NCBI GenBank assembly: GCA_001938485.1
Contig: MQRK01188858.1
Location: 1 to 64,000, forward strand
Direction: 5' to 3'
Length of the DNA stretch: 64,000 nt
Source of the DNA: Girardia tigrina
Taxonomy: Eukaryota
Shown: piece by piece, positions 11,129 to 23,417 of the stretch
How positions within the stretch are numbered: position 1 is the stretch's first letter
Layout: the number at the start of each line of letters is the position of its first letter
Translations under genes and position numbers: made by a program
Notes under the pieces: model-generated
What the model was told of the DNA's origin: nothing
The model's database searches: none
What the model saw: only the letters and a program-made list of their open reading frames with translations

Positions 11129-11993
11129 GATTAAAATTTAAAATATTTTTTTATTCACTAAGTAAACATTTGTTCTATGCTATCTAAAAATTTAAAGTCA
11201 TATCGAACCTAAATTTGGTGCATTACCCTCAGGTTATATAAAAAAGAAGCACATTTTTATTTAAGAAATAAATGCCGAAAGTAAATTTGTTATTATAATA
11301 AAACTTCAACACATGCGTCATAGAAAATAAGAAGTAATAATCTGTGACGAATGAATTTTTACAAGTCGAATGGAAAGTTGTAATTAAATTTATCAAAATA
11401 ATTAAAACAAAATTACTAAAGCCTTTTTTTTTGGAGTTACACTGTCTGTTAGGTCTTTTAGGTCAAATGAACCTCCGTGGTCTTCAATGATGCTGTTGCC
11501 AGCTTTCGGGTGATCAAACCTTTTTTTAACTTTAAATTTTTATTTTTTTAATGTAAACTTTTATCTTAAAAAGTAAACACTTATTATTTTTGCCCACCAC
11601 TTTTCCAAATATTTCTATGAATTGTATTTCTCACTAAGAAACTGTTTATAATGAATGCTTAGTATTACTATTAGGTTCGTGATTAAAATTGGAATTCATC
11701 ATTTTGTAAACTTTATTTGTTTTTAATAAAACTTTCCGTGTACAATAAACATTCTAATTTTATTTTAGATAGTGTTACAAAATATATCAAAATCTTCTTT
11801 ACAAAATTCTTTAACTTCGAAAATGATATTTTAATTGTGAATTTTTAAAATTTAATTTTTATAAAAATTTGTCTCAATTTAATTTAAATATTATCATTAT
11901 TCTAAAATTTTTACAAAACTTATTTCATTTTAATTAGTAATATACTATCTGTGAAATATAATTTTTACAAAAATTATTTCAATTTAATTGGTA

Positions 11994-12149
11994 GAAATAA
12001 TCTCTAAATAAAAATTTAAGTTTACAGATAATATTTGTTACTAATTAAAATAAAAATGATTTTATAAAATATATTTTATAAAATCATTTTTATTTTAATT
12101 AGTAACAAATATTATCTATAAACTTAAATTTTTATTTAAAGATTATTTC
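11994..12149. repeat. 156-bp spacer-less AT-rich palindrome
   Basis: 78-bp arms with 2 mismatches, centred between 12071 and 12072. Confidence 0.9.
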
Positions 12150-12876
12150 ATTTTAATTAGTCGAACATTATTTTTAGTTTATCTAAAATATAAATATGAT
12201 TTTTAAAAAATATAAAAAATTTAAAGTTCACCAAAATTAAAAGTTCACCCCAACAATTACTTTTATTTAAAATGCATATCTAGTTGTATATTGCTAGAAC
12301 TACTCGAGATTTAGAACCCTTGCTTCAGAAATTTAATGTGTTCTTTTGATTGAGATGTTATCTTCATCAACTATAGATACTGAAAAGCGACATCTATGTA
12401 ACATGAATTTCAATAGATGATCTTTTTGTTTACCGGTAACATTGTCGCTTTTATAAAATATGCAAAATACTCCAAATTATAGTTGAAGGTCAAAAAAAAT
12501 TTAAAATTAAGTCTAGTCTAGTATAATAATTTGAATTTCTGCGACTTGTTTTATTATAATTATCAGCATCCATCAGGATTTTAGATAAGAATAGATAAAA
12601 TAGTAATTGATGGGAGAAGTAACTAACTAAATGTAACCTTTTTCATAAACAAGATCGACTGGAATCGTTTGTGAAACGACAGTTAAAATGTAACCACTCA
12701 CTTTAAGGTAGATCATGAGCAATGTTTTAAAAAGATAACTTACATTTATAACATATGAAGGATAACTTCCTTGGTAAATATTTTTTTTGATTTATCATTA
12801 AATTATGAGTTTCTTTTCCAAATCGAAATATTTTTTTTCGCAAATATTTCAGTTAATAAGAAGTATAACTATAAGC

Positions 12877-13265
12877 CAGTTGTTAGCAACTTATTGCACG
12901 CGTGTCATTGGGTAGTACGCGAAAGATTTTAAAGTGGCCCGCTAAAGATTTGTCAATAAATATATTTTTCTAATTTTAAAAAAAAATTATTTACCAGTAT
13001 TACTCAGTTTTATGCATATTTTCAATACCTAGTGAGCCATCTGTCTTCTGCCAGACAAATTATTAACTGAAATTACACCTATATAGAACTGGTAATTCCC
13101 TAATTATTTGACAGCTACGAGATATTTATTTTGTCGTGTTGTTGGTCGTGTCTAAAAAGTGTCTCTTTGTTCGTAGTGAAAATTTATCGAGTGGCACGCG
13201 TGAGTCTTGTTCGCAACATTTTATTCAAGAATTGCACGCAAATACTTACATGTTACTGACCACTG
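12877..13265. mobile_element. hAT-family MITE
   Basis: TIRs cagttgttagcaac / gttactgaccactg; 8-bp TSD-like ctataagc / ctataggt; subterminal gcacgcgtg motifs. Confidence 0.65.
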
Positions 13266-13814
13266 CTATAGGTCATTAAAGAAATATATTTATCTGACTT
13301 CCAGCTATATTTGAAAATCGAATAAAATCTAAAAGTATTTTACTTTAGTTTTTCAGCCGATATTTGGTTCTTAAACACAAACGATTTTTATTCAACACTT
13401 TTCCTTTTTTTTCCAGAAATTCCTGTTTCTTTGATTGATCTTTTATAATTGTATTTAACATTCATTAAAAATAAATGATTGGGGATTTTCAAAGGTGGTT
13501 TGAATTACTTCTAAAAGGAGACAATTGTATCCATCAGAAATTGTTTCATACATTGGAAAATACAATAGGAGTCCATTGTGTCAATTTTCTCATGCATCAT
13601 TTTTAAATAAATGATATTTCCTTTTACATAAGGATTAAGTGTCTCAGAATATTTTTTTTCAAATAAATAAATTGTTTTAATTATTAATTAACTTTATATA
13701 TTTCAGATCCAGGTCTTTTTGTAATGAAATTCGTATTTTTATTTTTATTATCATTATTTGTGGCCGTTGCCAGCAGGGCTGTGGAGTCAGATTAAAATTG
13801 TCCGACTCCGACTC

Positions 13815-14733
13815 AGTGAAAGGTGGATTTCCAATTTAATCGTGCTTCTGACTGAAGACAAGCGTGCAACAACGAGGAACATTGCAAGGGGAATTGATCA
13901 GGATAAAACCACGGTGTGCCAGCACTTGAATGCAATAGGATATCGATATTTAGGATATTGCTGCGTGCCACATGCTTGACGCAACATAACAAGGATAATC
14001 GCAAAAGAATTTGTCAACAGCTATTGGATAGTTATAACCGGAATGATTTCCTGTCCCAAATCTTCACCTGCAATGAAATATGAGTGTACTGGGACAACGA
14101 AGGCGCTTTCAACAATAGATCATGGAGAAAATCGAATGAAAACCCACTTGCAACACCGGCACGAAGACTGACAAACCGAAAGCATCTCGCCTCCGTCTTT
14201 TGGGACAGTAAGGGACTGGTCTTGTTAGATGTCTTACCTCCAAATGCGACAATCAATGCGGATGTCTACTGTACTCAGTTGGATTGTCTCATTATCGCCG
14301 TTCAACAGAGGCGCAGACAGTTGCTCCATGAAGGAAACCACAATGTTCATTATCTCCACGATAATGCTTGTTCGCAGACGGCTGCTAAGACCAAGGACAA
14401 GCTGAATGCACTTGGATTCACCGTACAACCACATCCACCATACTCCCCGGATCTCTCACCATCTGACTACTATCTATTCTCTCCAATGAAATGTGCACTT
14501 AGAGGAAAGAATTATGCCGGTGTCAACGATATCAACGAAGATCTTCTACATTGGTTTGACAAGAAACCGCGTGATTTTTTCCAAAATAGGATACGCAGCC
14601 TCTTTGGATGTTGGCTGAGATGTATTGAGCACAATGGCGACTACTTTTCGCATTTGCATGACGTGGACGATTGATAAAATATTTTATTGTATTTTGGTGT
14701 TTTTTTTGCGACAAAACTTATGAGGTAACCCTA
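13815..14733 (+). mobile_element. 5'-truncated mariner (DD34D); catalytic ORF 14084-14674
   Basis: VPHA, YLHDNA and HPPYSPDLSPSDYYLF (34-residue D-D spacing); 3' TIR gcgacaaaacttatgaggtaacccta; preceded by a hAT-like end cagggctgtggagtc...ccgactccgactc (13774-13814). Confidence 0.92.
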
Positions 14734-16037
14734 TATATATTATTTACATTAAAAAAGTCATCACATCGACGGGATTCTCTCGAGATTAATTAAAATTACA
14801 AAATTTAATTTCTTTTTTAATTTTATTAAAAAAGTTAATCGTTGATTTAATTAATTCACTTAATATGCCTATGTTCGGTCAATGATTCGCATTTTATCGA
14901 CCACCAAGACTAATGAAAAATGAAACTAAAATACACTTGCTAGAAACAATATTCACAAATGCTAGACATTATTACAAGTTTTTTTTTCAAATAGATTAAG
15001 CTCATATATAAAAGAAGATAGTTATAATTGCTTGCTTAATAGAATTGCTGTAGTCAGTGGTATTCCAATTTATTTTTAAGCTATGAACCCACATTACTTT
15101 AGTGTCTTGACTAAATTTCTATACTGTTGTTTTGATTGCTACCACAACAACTAAGAAAACTCAACTTAAATATTATATTTAAGCATTAGTTGTATATATT
15201 ACCATATATTCTTACATTGATTTGGAATACTCCATATTTTAGGAATATCTTCACAGATCCTTTTGCGTAGTTTGACCATAACTTGAAAACGTCTTTTAAA
15301 GTATCTAACTTTCATATGCCAGTTGACACTATCTAATTTATTATTTATCAGATTTTATTTCTACTAAAATGTAGTTGATGTCACTCGTTTCATGTTGTGA
15401 CACTATTTTCGCAATGCAATTGTATCAAATACTTTCTGTAGTTATAGGGTGTGATACTCTTGTTCTTCGGTAAAAAAATATGGATTTAGATGTTATTTTG
15501 TAATTATGAAGAATTGATAGTAAGTTTTGGTATAATTTTTAACTCGAATTTTGATTTTTTCTGTTGTCATCTCAAAGTACAAGTATCAACAAAACTGTAA
15601 ATGTTTGGTTCAACACATGTCTTTGTATAAATATAAAATGATTCTCTTATAAATTGACAACTCGATTTGTGATACAGCATTTGACATTTTGGTATTTATT
15701 TAATTTTAAAGTGAAATACACTATATAAATTATTAATAAATGACAATATAAGTATATTTGAAGATATGGTCATATGAAATATGTCGATGTTTTTTATATC
15801 ATCAAGAATATTTTTTTACAAAATAATTAGAATGAAAATTTTAAAAATATGTTAAAAGATTCAAATTAATTTTAATTAATTTGAATATGATTGTTTTATA
15901 ATGACAATTTTCTTTAATTAAAGATTTTAAGTATGAAGGATGATTTTCTGTTCCCATTTTGAATGCTAATTACTGACTAGTTGTATTATCAATAGATATT
16001 CACAGAATTGCCGTTAGTAACGTGAATGCAAATCATT

Positions 16038-16831
16038 TTATAGAGCAGAATACTCATTTTTGGAAATGAGAGGTTCTACTCTTACAACACAACCAGTGTT
16101 GTTGCATTTTTTGTGTAATTCGATTGTGCATTTCGTTTCGAAATTTTCTTTGAATAAATCATATTTTTCCGGTTCGAAAATCGCCTCCATCTTGAAATCG
16201 TGCTCTTGCGGCACCTCTGAGAAAATATTCTCACAATAACTCAATAATTCTCGTTTGATTGATCTAATTTGTTTTTGTGACACAATAATGTCGATAGATA
16301 AAAGAGCGACATCGATCAGAACATTCAATTTCTTTATCAACATTCGAATAACATCGAGAGATTGTTGTTTTGCGGATTTGTTCGGTTTCAAATTAATGTG
16401 ACAATCGTGAATAAATTTTTTGATCATACCCGGTGGAAAGCATAGTTTCGTACTCGGATTCAACGTTTTATTAGTCACAATTTTTGCGACATCTTTAATT
16501 AAATTATGCATCACAAATTGTCTCTTTTTCTCCGTCAATTGGAGCTCTCCTTTCTCCAATATAGTTTTACAAATCCCCAAAATATTCGTTGTTTGAAAAG
16601 TGCCTTTCAAATTGTCTTTGCTCGCGATTTCCGCTTTCGACACATTCGTTTAAATCAGCTCATTTTGCAGAGCTTCACTTATTTGATATTCAAGTTTTTG
16701 TCGCCAAGCGACACTTTATTCGGAAAATACGCTATTTCAAATCGACGATGTTTTCTATCGGTTTTTACGATTAGTTTCACAACGGAAACATTTGTCAATC
16801 GCTTTTGATTTTTCGGTGAAAATAATGCCAT
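16038..16831 (-). pseudogene. SBDS: Intronless SBDS/Sdo1 ribosome maturation factor pseudogene
   Basis: MALFSPKNQKRLTNVSVV...RFEIAYFPNKV, frameshift near 16712, VAWRQKLEYQISEALQNELI*TNVSK (TAA at 16650-16652), then ILEKGELQLTEK, NPSTK and KPNKSAKQQSLDVI, all SBDS hallmarks. Confidence 0.9.
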
Positions 16832-17399
16832 GAGAAAATGCTAATTCTAATAACTAATTCAAAATTGATAACTCGAAATTAAATCACAACAGTTTATTTT
16901 GAATATTTAAACAAATCATATTTGAACAAATCATTAATTAATTTTTTTCCAGAAATTCACATAATTACAATTTCAAATTTTTAACAAAAAAAGTTACAAT
17001 AAATTTTATAAATATATATAAAGATTTTTTTCTACTTTTAATATATATATATATATGATCAATTCGTAACAACCAGCGATCAAGAACCTTACTAGATCAA
17101 TATTTTTTTTAACCTTTCTTAAACCATGTCTGCATATAAGATTGTTCTTATGTTACCATAATGTTAACCTCTATTGACGTACTTGTGAATACATTGTTCA
17201 CCAAACGTTCTCTAAGAATATTAAATTTAATTTGATTAGTTTACAATTTTAGATATTTAATTCTAATTAATTTGTAAAAAAAATTGCTTATGCTGATATA
17301 CTGCCTGATCAAATTTTCAAAAATGTCTTAAAGAAAAATTCTGTTTTATTTTATTATTTGCAATAAATCTTATCTTTCAACGTCAACAGAAACAGTTAA

Positions 17400-17930
17400 A
17401 ATGAGTATATAGAGTTTTATGATGTAGCGTACCTCTCGTAGAATATAAAAAAATAACTTGCCACTCTCTCTTTAGTTTCAAAATACAAAGGGTATAAGAT
17501 GGCAATGGATTAAGTCTGTTTAAGACATTGGACACGTATATGGTATGAGAAAAAAATTTCCATCAGTTTTTTGCAAAAAAATATGTAACATAATTTCAGA
17601 AATAAAGTCATAAATGTTCGGACATTCACCATGCGACTGCTGAGAAATATTTCAAACATCTTTCATGTATCTTCGAACAGAGTTTCGGGTTCCGTAAAAT
17701 TTGATTGAAAGAAATTTATCGCATCGTATGACAATCTGTTTATCTTTTCTTATTTGACAAATTATGAAGCAGTTTTGGACACACTTATCACTAGAAATGA
17801 AAAGTGGATTCTTTAAAAGAATATCAAGAAAAAAATATTTATTAAAATGCAAATAAAAATTATAAAAACTGATTTTTTAAATGTATAGATATTTTTATAA
17901 ACGCGTTAACTGATAATCAGGAAAATTATT
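17400..17930 (+). mobile_element. Highly decayed mariner remnant
   Basis: RVP*NLIERNLSHRMTICLSFL...LITRNEKWIL corresponds to WVPHEL...IVTGDEKWI. Confidence 0.65.
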
Positions 17931-19394
17931 TTATGTGAACTCGTTTTTAACAATAATAAATAGGAATAAATAAAAGCGATGATGCAAACAATAAATTTAT
18001 ATTACAATTAATAATGAAACTTTAATAGAACGAGTATAAAGAAAAGAGTTTGGATGACATGCTCGAATAAATAATTTACTTTAATTCGTAGATCACAATC
18101 TCTCGATTTAATCTTTTTGATTTAAGGAGGTACGATTTTTGATTTGGATTATTTTCTGTTGAACAGCTTTCTCTGTTGGGTGGACTATTTCTTTTTTTAG
18201 TGATAGTCCAGTTTTCTTAATATACGGTAGTTAAGCTGGTTACTAATTAATTCCAAATTCCAATCAATATTTTTTATTATTACAATTTTTATATATAATT
18301 AAATAATCTTTCTTTAATGATGAAGGGGGGAAACTTGACTTGACTTTTTATCTTTTCTTTTCAGTCTTTTTATTCTTTTCTTTTAATTTTTTATTTTTTT
18401 CATCTTCTGCCGCAGGTAATTTTTTCTTTCTGAAGTTGAATTAAATATTTCTCCTTTGACTCTTTTAAATATGAACAATAACCAAACATATTATCCCAAG
18501 GTAGTTTCTGACTTTAATGAAGATATAAAAATAAAAATCATACATGATAGTATATCAAAACAACGTAACACACACTTTTATTTTACCAGAAAAGATGCAA
18601 AATAAATGAATAAAGTAAAGAAAAATAAATTACACAGTTCTGTCCACAAAAAGGTGTCAGGGCCATGATTAATAATTTTTTTTGTACATACGGATATCAT
18701 AGCAAATATTTGAAAATTTATTCGTAATTAATTATTTTTTTGAAATATTATTATTTAAATATCTTTTTAATTCTAACTTATAATAGTTTTTTTGATTAAA
18801 ATGTAATTCATACATTTTTCCTATTTTATTGTGCCTAAGAAAACTAGTATTAAAAACTATTCTAAAGAAAATTAGTAATTTATCAAAAATGTTATTCAAA
18901 TCATTGAAGAATTTTTGACATAAAAATTGCTTTTGATTTTCCGATATCGTAGGAGAAAAAATTACCTAAAAATTATTGTCGGCATTTTAATACAGTCTAC
19001 AAATAATTTCCCACATCTTTTGAGATTATCAAACATGCCGATTTAGACCTCTTCTTTGGGTGCAGAAATGGTGCAAGTGGTACTAACTAGTGCACGCACT
19101 ATACATGTAAAATATTATATAAACACTTATTCCTTTACTCTTCTTTCAAGCGTTTTACTTGACAAATCATACACTTATTTATTCCAATTTTTAATTATTG
19201 TTTCAATATCCATGGAAATAAGTTGTTTTTTTGGTAAAAATGGAATTTCATCAATAAAAATTTTTAAATACTTTTTTTGTAACTTGAAAGTATGACATTC
19301 TAAATACTTACAAGTTAATTTAAATAGATGAAATGACTCGTAATTTCAAGTTAAGTTTGTTAATACAATATTATTATTTGAATTTAATTATTTA

Positions 19395-19891
19395 TTTCTT
19401 CTTTCTTCTTTTTGACCTTATCCGTTGGGCCGTAGGTGCACCTAATTATACACAAGCCTTCGCCACATCTCGATATTTGTAGCCTCTTTTCTCAGACAAT
19501 CCATACACAATCCACTCCATTTTTTTAAATCGTCTGTCAATTGCCTCTTTGGTCTTCTTGGTCTTTCTCCTTCCACTCTTCATTCAATCATAACATTTGC
19601 TAGTGCTTGTTTTCTTATTTAATTACCGTAGAATTTCAGCTTCCTTCTCTTGATGGCCTCTTCTATTGAATCTGGTTTTTACCTAGTATTTCTGTCACTC
19701 TCCTCCAGACAGTCGTTTGTCTTCTTTTCTTTCCACGCGATCTTCAGCATTCTCCTGTAGCACTTCATTTCAAATGCTTCAAGTCTATCCATGCACTTCT
19801 GATTTATTGTTCAACTCTCGTATCCATAGAGGAGTGTTGCCAAGACAATAGCCTTAGTGATCTTTATTCTGCTCTTGAGATGGATTTCTTT
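19395..19891 (-). mobile_element. 5'-truncated RTE-clade LINE 3' end
   Basis: ATLLYGYES*TI...DRLEAFEMKCYRRMLKIAWKEKKTN...IKRRKLKFYG...VEGERPRRPKR...WRRL followed by an (AAG)n-like tail. Confidence 0.88.
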
Positions 19892-20789
19892 ATATTTTAT
19901 GAACGTAATTGCAGTAAACATTGTCACCGATATTTTATTTCATATTCTTCAAGATTTTTTATATATTCCTGTAATATTCTAAAGTTCTTGTTCTGTTTTA
20001 GTAATCTTTTATGGTGATAATATTTTATATTTCGAATATCAATGTTGAAAATTTTAGTTATATTTATAGCTATTTTATAAATTGCATTTTACACATTCAC
20101 AATAATAATGTGAAAATTCAACTTGTTTCAGTTCATATTGAAGGTATACTATCATATATTTTCCAATTGTCAAACTTCCTAGAATCAGTTAGGAAATGAA
20201 GTTTGTAGAAAATGCCTCGTAAAAATAAAAACCATTTTAAAAGTTAGTTTCAATAGAAATCAATATGAAAAAAATATTTTTTTATTCCAACAATTAAACA
20301 AAAGAAACAGTTAAAAAATTTATTTTTTGGAGTACTATAACAATAATTCGCATAATAGTTTAACAAGGAAGGTAACACATAGGGGAAGTTGATTTTCATC
20401 TTCAAGATTTCTGCTTGACTGATTCATAAAAGTAAGAAATTATGACCAATTGAAAATATTAATTCATCATAATGCCAGTGAAATTTTTAACTGTATATAA
20501 AAAATAAAAAAACATAAAATTAATATGAACGATATATAGAAGGATAAGAAAATGTAGATGTCACAAAAATTTTCATACACGGGAAAATTTAACAAATTTA
20601 TCATGTTTTATTTTCAGACATCCTCAAACAATATCGTTGTCAAAATTATATTTAAATCATTTTAAAATCGTTTTTAGTATTTTTTTCCTTTAAATAATTT
20701 TGAAATCATTTTCATTTCTATCTTCGAGAAAATTTCGACATGGAAAATATTAGAAATTTCATTAAAGAAATAGTCCAAAGTTGTTAACT

Positions 20790-21230
20790 TGTAATAGTAG
20801 ACCGATTCAGTAGATATATTAGCCTGAATGCAGTTGCTATCCAAAATGAAAAAAAAACAGTGCGTAGAATTATATTGGACAGATGGATATGGAAGTTTGG
20901 ACCTCCAAATGAAATCCATGTTGATAGAGGAAAAACATTTGAATCGGCTTTGTTCAAAGATGCAGTTATAAGGTTCAAAGTTGAGATAATCTATTCGGGT
21001 CCATATCATCATAATAAAAATGGGATAGTGGAAAGACAATTTCGAACAATCAGAGATGCTATAAATATTATAATGAAGGACGGAGACCACAGAGATTGGA
21101 CAGAAGTTTTGTCGGATATAGAATTTATGTTGAATAGTACAGTTCAAGCTACGATGGTGTTTCATTGGCTGAAATAATATTTGGGAGACGATTAAGACAT
21201 TGGTGGAAGAACAATAAAGAAACTAAAGGA
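20790..21230 (+). mobile_element. Ty3/gypsy integrase core remnant
   Basis: WIWKFGPPNEIHVDRGKTFES...YSGPYHHNKNGIVERQFRTIRD...EFMLNSTVQAT. Confidence 0.9.
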
Positions 21231-21683
21231 AACCAAGTTAATGTCATTTATTAACGTCTAAAAATATGTAAATATAAACATATTAAAATTCATAAGATAA
21301 ATAAAAAACAATTACAAATCTTTCAAATAATCATTTGGTTCTAAAAATTAATAATTTGAAATTTTCCGTTTTTCGCAATATATTTTAGTGGATGTCAAGA
21401 AACAAGTCTCAGGAAACAAGAAGGTGGTACAACTGATTAAAATTCTACCTGAAGGTAGAAAATCAACTGAAATATATCGTGAACTAGTAAATCAAAAAAA
21501 TTTTATGCATGTTTTATTCGGGAAAAACTCTACTTGGCCAACAGAATTTTTTTGTCATCTTTTGTAAAGGTAAAATTACTAATACATTTTTTAACATGGA
21601 ATAAAGCATGGATAAAAACCAAAACTTTTATATTTAAACTACAGTTAAAACGTTTTTTGCAAATTTTTTTTACGATTTACTAG

Positions 21684-21800
21684 TTTGATCAAATTTTCAC
21701 ATAATCATTTATTGTCATCGAAAATGAGTAAATGTTCAAAGTTGGAGAAAAGTAATTGAGTAAAAAGCCTTCAAAAATAGGTTTCTAAACTCCATGGATA
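21684..21800 (-). repeat. Second copy of the dispersed repeat at 1488-1605
   Basis: Reverse complement begins tatccatggagtttagaaacctatttttgaaggctttttactcaat. Confidence 0.75.
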
Positions 21801-22063
21801 AAATATAAAGAAAACAAACTAATATAAAACATGGAAAAAAGGAAAATTTACTTTAGTTAATTTTTCATACCAAAATGGCGTTTTTGACTATTAATATTAT
21901 AAATGTTATTCGGAATTTGTTAATTTTTCCTTTAATTTTTTACCTGTCATTTATTTTGTTGTAACAAATCCGTTTTGGAACTTTTTATATATAATTTTTT
22001 CAGTACTGCAGATTAATACATCGATCACGAATCTTTATTTTTGTGTTTCTAATTTGTTAAATA

Positions 22064-23417
22064 TTGGGTTGTTGCATAAGTTCCCGCCGCTTTTTAAACA
22101 TTTATTTTCAAAGAAATCAAAGAATTTTAACAACCAAAATAATGACTCAGTTAATTATATATTTAATGAAATCATAAAATNNNNNNNNNNNNNNNNNNNN
22201 NNNNNNNNNNNNNNNNNNACTCTCCTTCATTGTTCACTACTTCTTCCCATCTTTCCACCAGTTTGTTGATTCCATTTCGCCAGAAATCCTTAGGTCGAGT
22301 CTCGAAGTTGTTGAGCCAATTCTCAAGATGATCCTGATTTTCGAAGCTAAGATCCTTCATTTCATTTGAAAGGCAGCGGAAGAGATGGTAATTCATCGGG
22401 GCGAGGTCTGGGTAATAGGGAGGATGTTGAAGGACCTCCCAACCGAGCTCTTGGAGTGCCATCTTGACAGTTTTTGCGGTGTCTGGTTGAGCATTGTCAT
22501 GGAGGAGGATCACCTGGCCTTGTCGATCCGGTCTTTTTTTTTGAATTGCCTTATTGACTCAATGCAATTGGGCTTTATAGAGATTCTTTTCTACTGTCAT
22601 GTTCTTTCCAAGCATTTTCCAGTGGATTAGACCTTCCCAATCCCACCATACGCAAATCATTGTCTTCATCGGGTGCAGGTCTTTCTTGATCCTGGGCTTA
22701 GGCTTCTCTACAGGACTCACCCACTCTTTCCTTTGCTTCATATTCACATAGAGACATCATTTCTCGTCTCCAGTGACGATTCTGTATAAGAAACGTTGCC
22801 TGTGGCCATGGGTTCCTTTGTGTCGAGCGAGATTTTGAGCAGCAATGGAAAGCCGCTTACTCTTCTGTTTTTGGGTGAGTTCGTGCGGGACCCAAGCTCC
22901 AAGCTTTTGAGTGAAACCCATCGACTGAAGACGACGTGAAATTGTCGCAAAATCACAATTCATCTTTTCGGCCAATTCTCTGCATGTCTGGCGGCCATCT
23001 TCCTTCAAAAGATTCCCGAGTTGGTCCTGGTCCATCTCGACTGGTCTTCCGGAACGAGGAGCGTCGTTGAGGTCGAAATTATCGTGTTTGAACCTGACAA
23101 ACCAATCCCGAGCAGTTCTCTCAGCTATAGCGTCTTCTCCATACACGGCACAAATATCTCTGGTAGCTTCACTCGCTTTTTGACCTCGATTAAAGGTGAA
23201 AAGAAGGAGTGTCGAAAATGCGATTTTTTGTCGACTTGACAATTTATTTGACGGTTCTAAAAAAAGACAAATAAATAATATAGGTAAAAACGATTACTTT
23301 AATCTTGTAGAGCATAGCACGGGCTTTCTAATGGTATATAACACTTCGCCAAACATCAAAAAGTCTTTGTAGAACAAATAGTTTCATGTAACGGCGGGAA
23401 CTTATGCAACAACCAAA
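22064..23417 (-). mobile_element. Full-length mariner (DD34D), nonsense-mutated, contains a small N gap
   Basis: TA-flanked TIRs ttgggttgttgcataagttcccgccg / cggcgggaacttatgcaacaaccaaa; transposase from 23242 with RSGRP, WVPHEL, IVTGDEK*, LLHDNA and HPPYYPDLAP. Confidence 0.95.

Noticed and set aside
14900-15720. Coding-like decayed sequence (similar stretches at 12250-12800, 18050-18700, 23580-24010, 37200-37760, 44920-45400, 55200-55950, 59640-60200)
   Set aside because: Probably old TE relics, but no motif could be identified confidently by eye.
16650-16652. TAA read as Tyr (alternative genetic code)
   Set aside because: The same copy also has a frameshift, the spliced host exons need no recoding, and TAA ends transposase frames normally; a point mutation is simpler.
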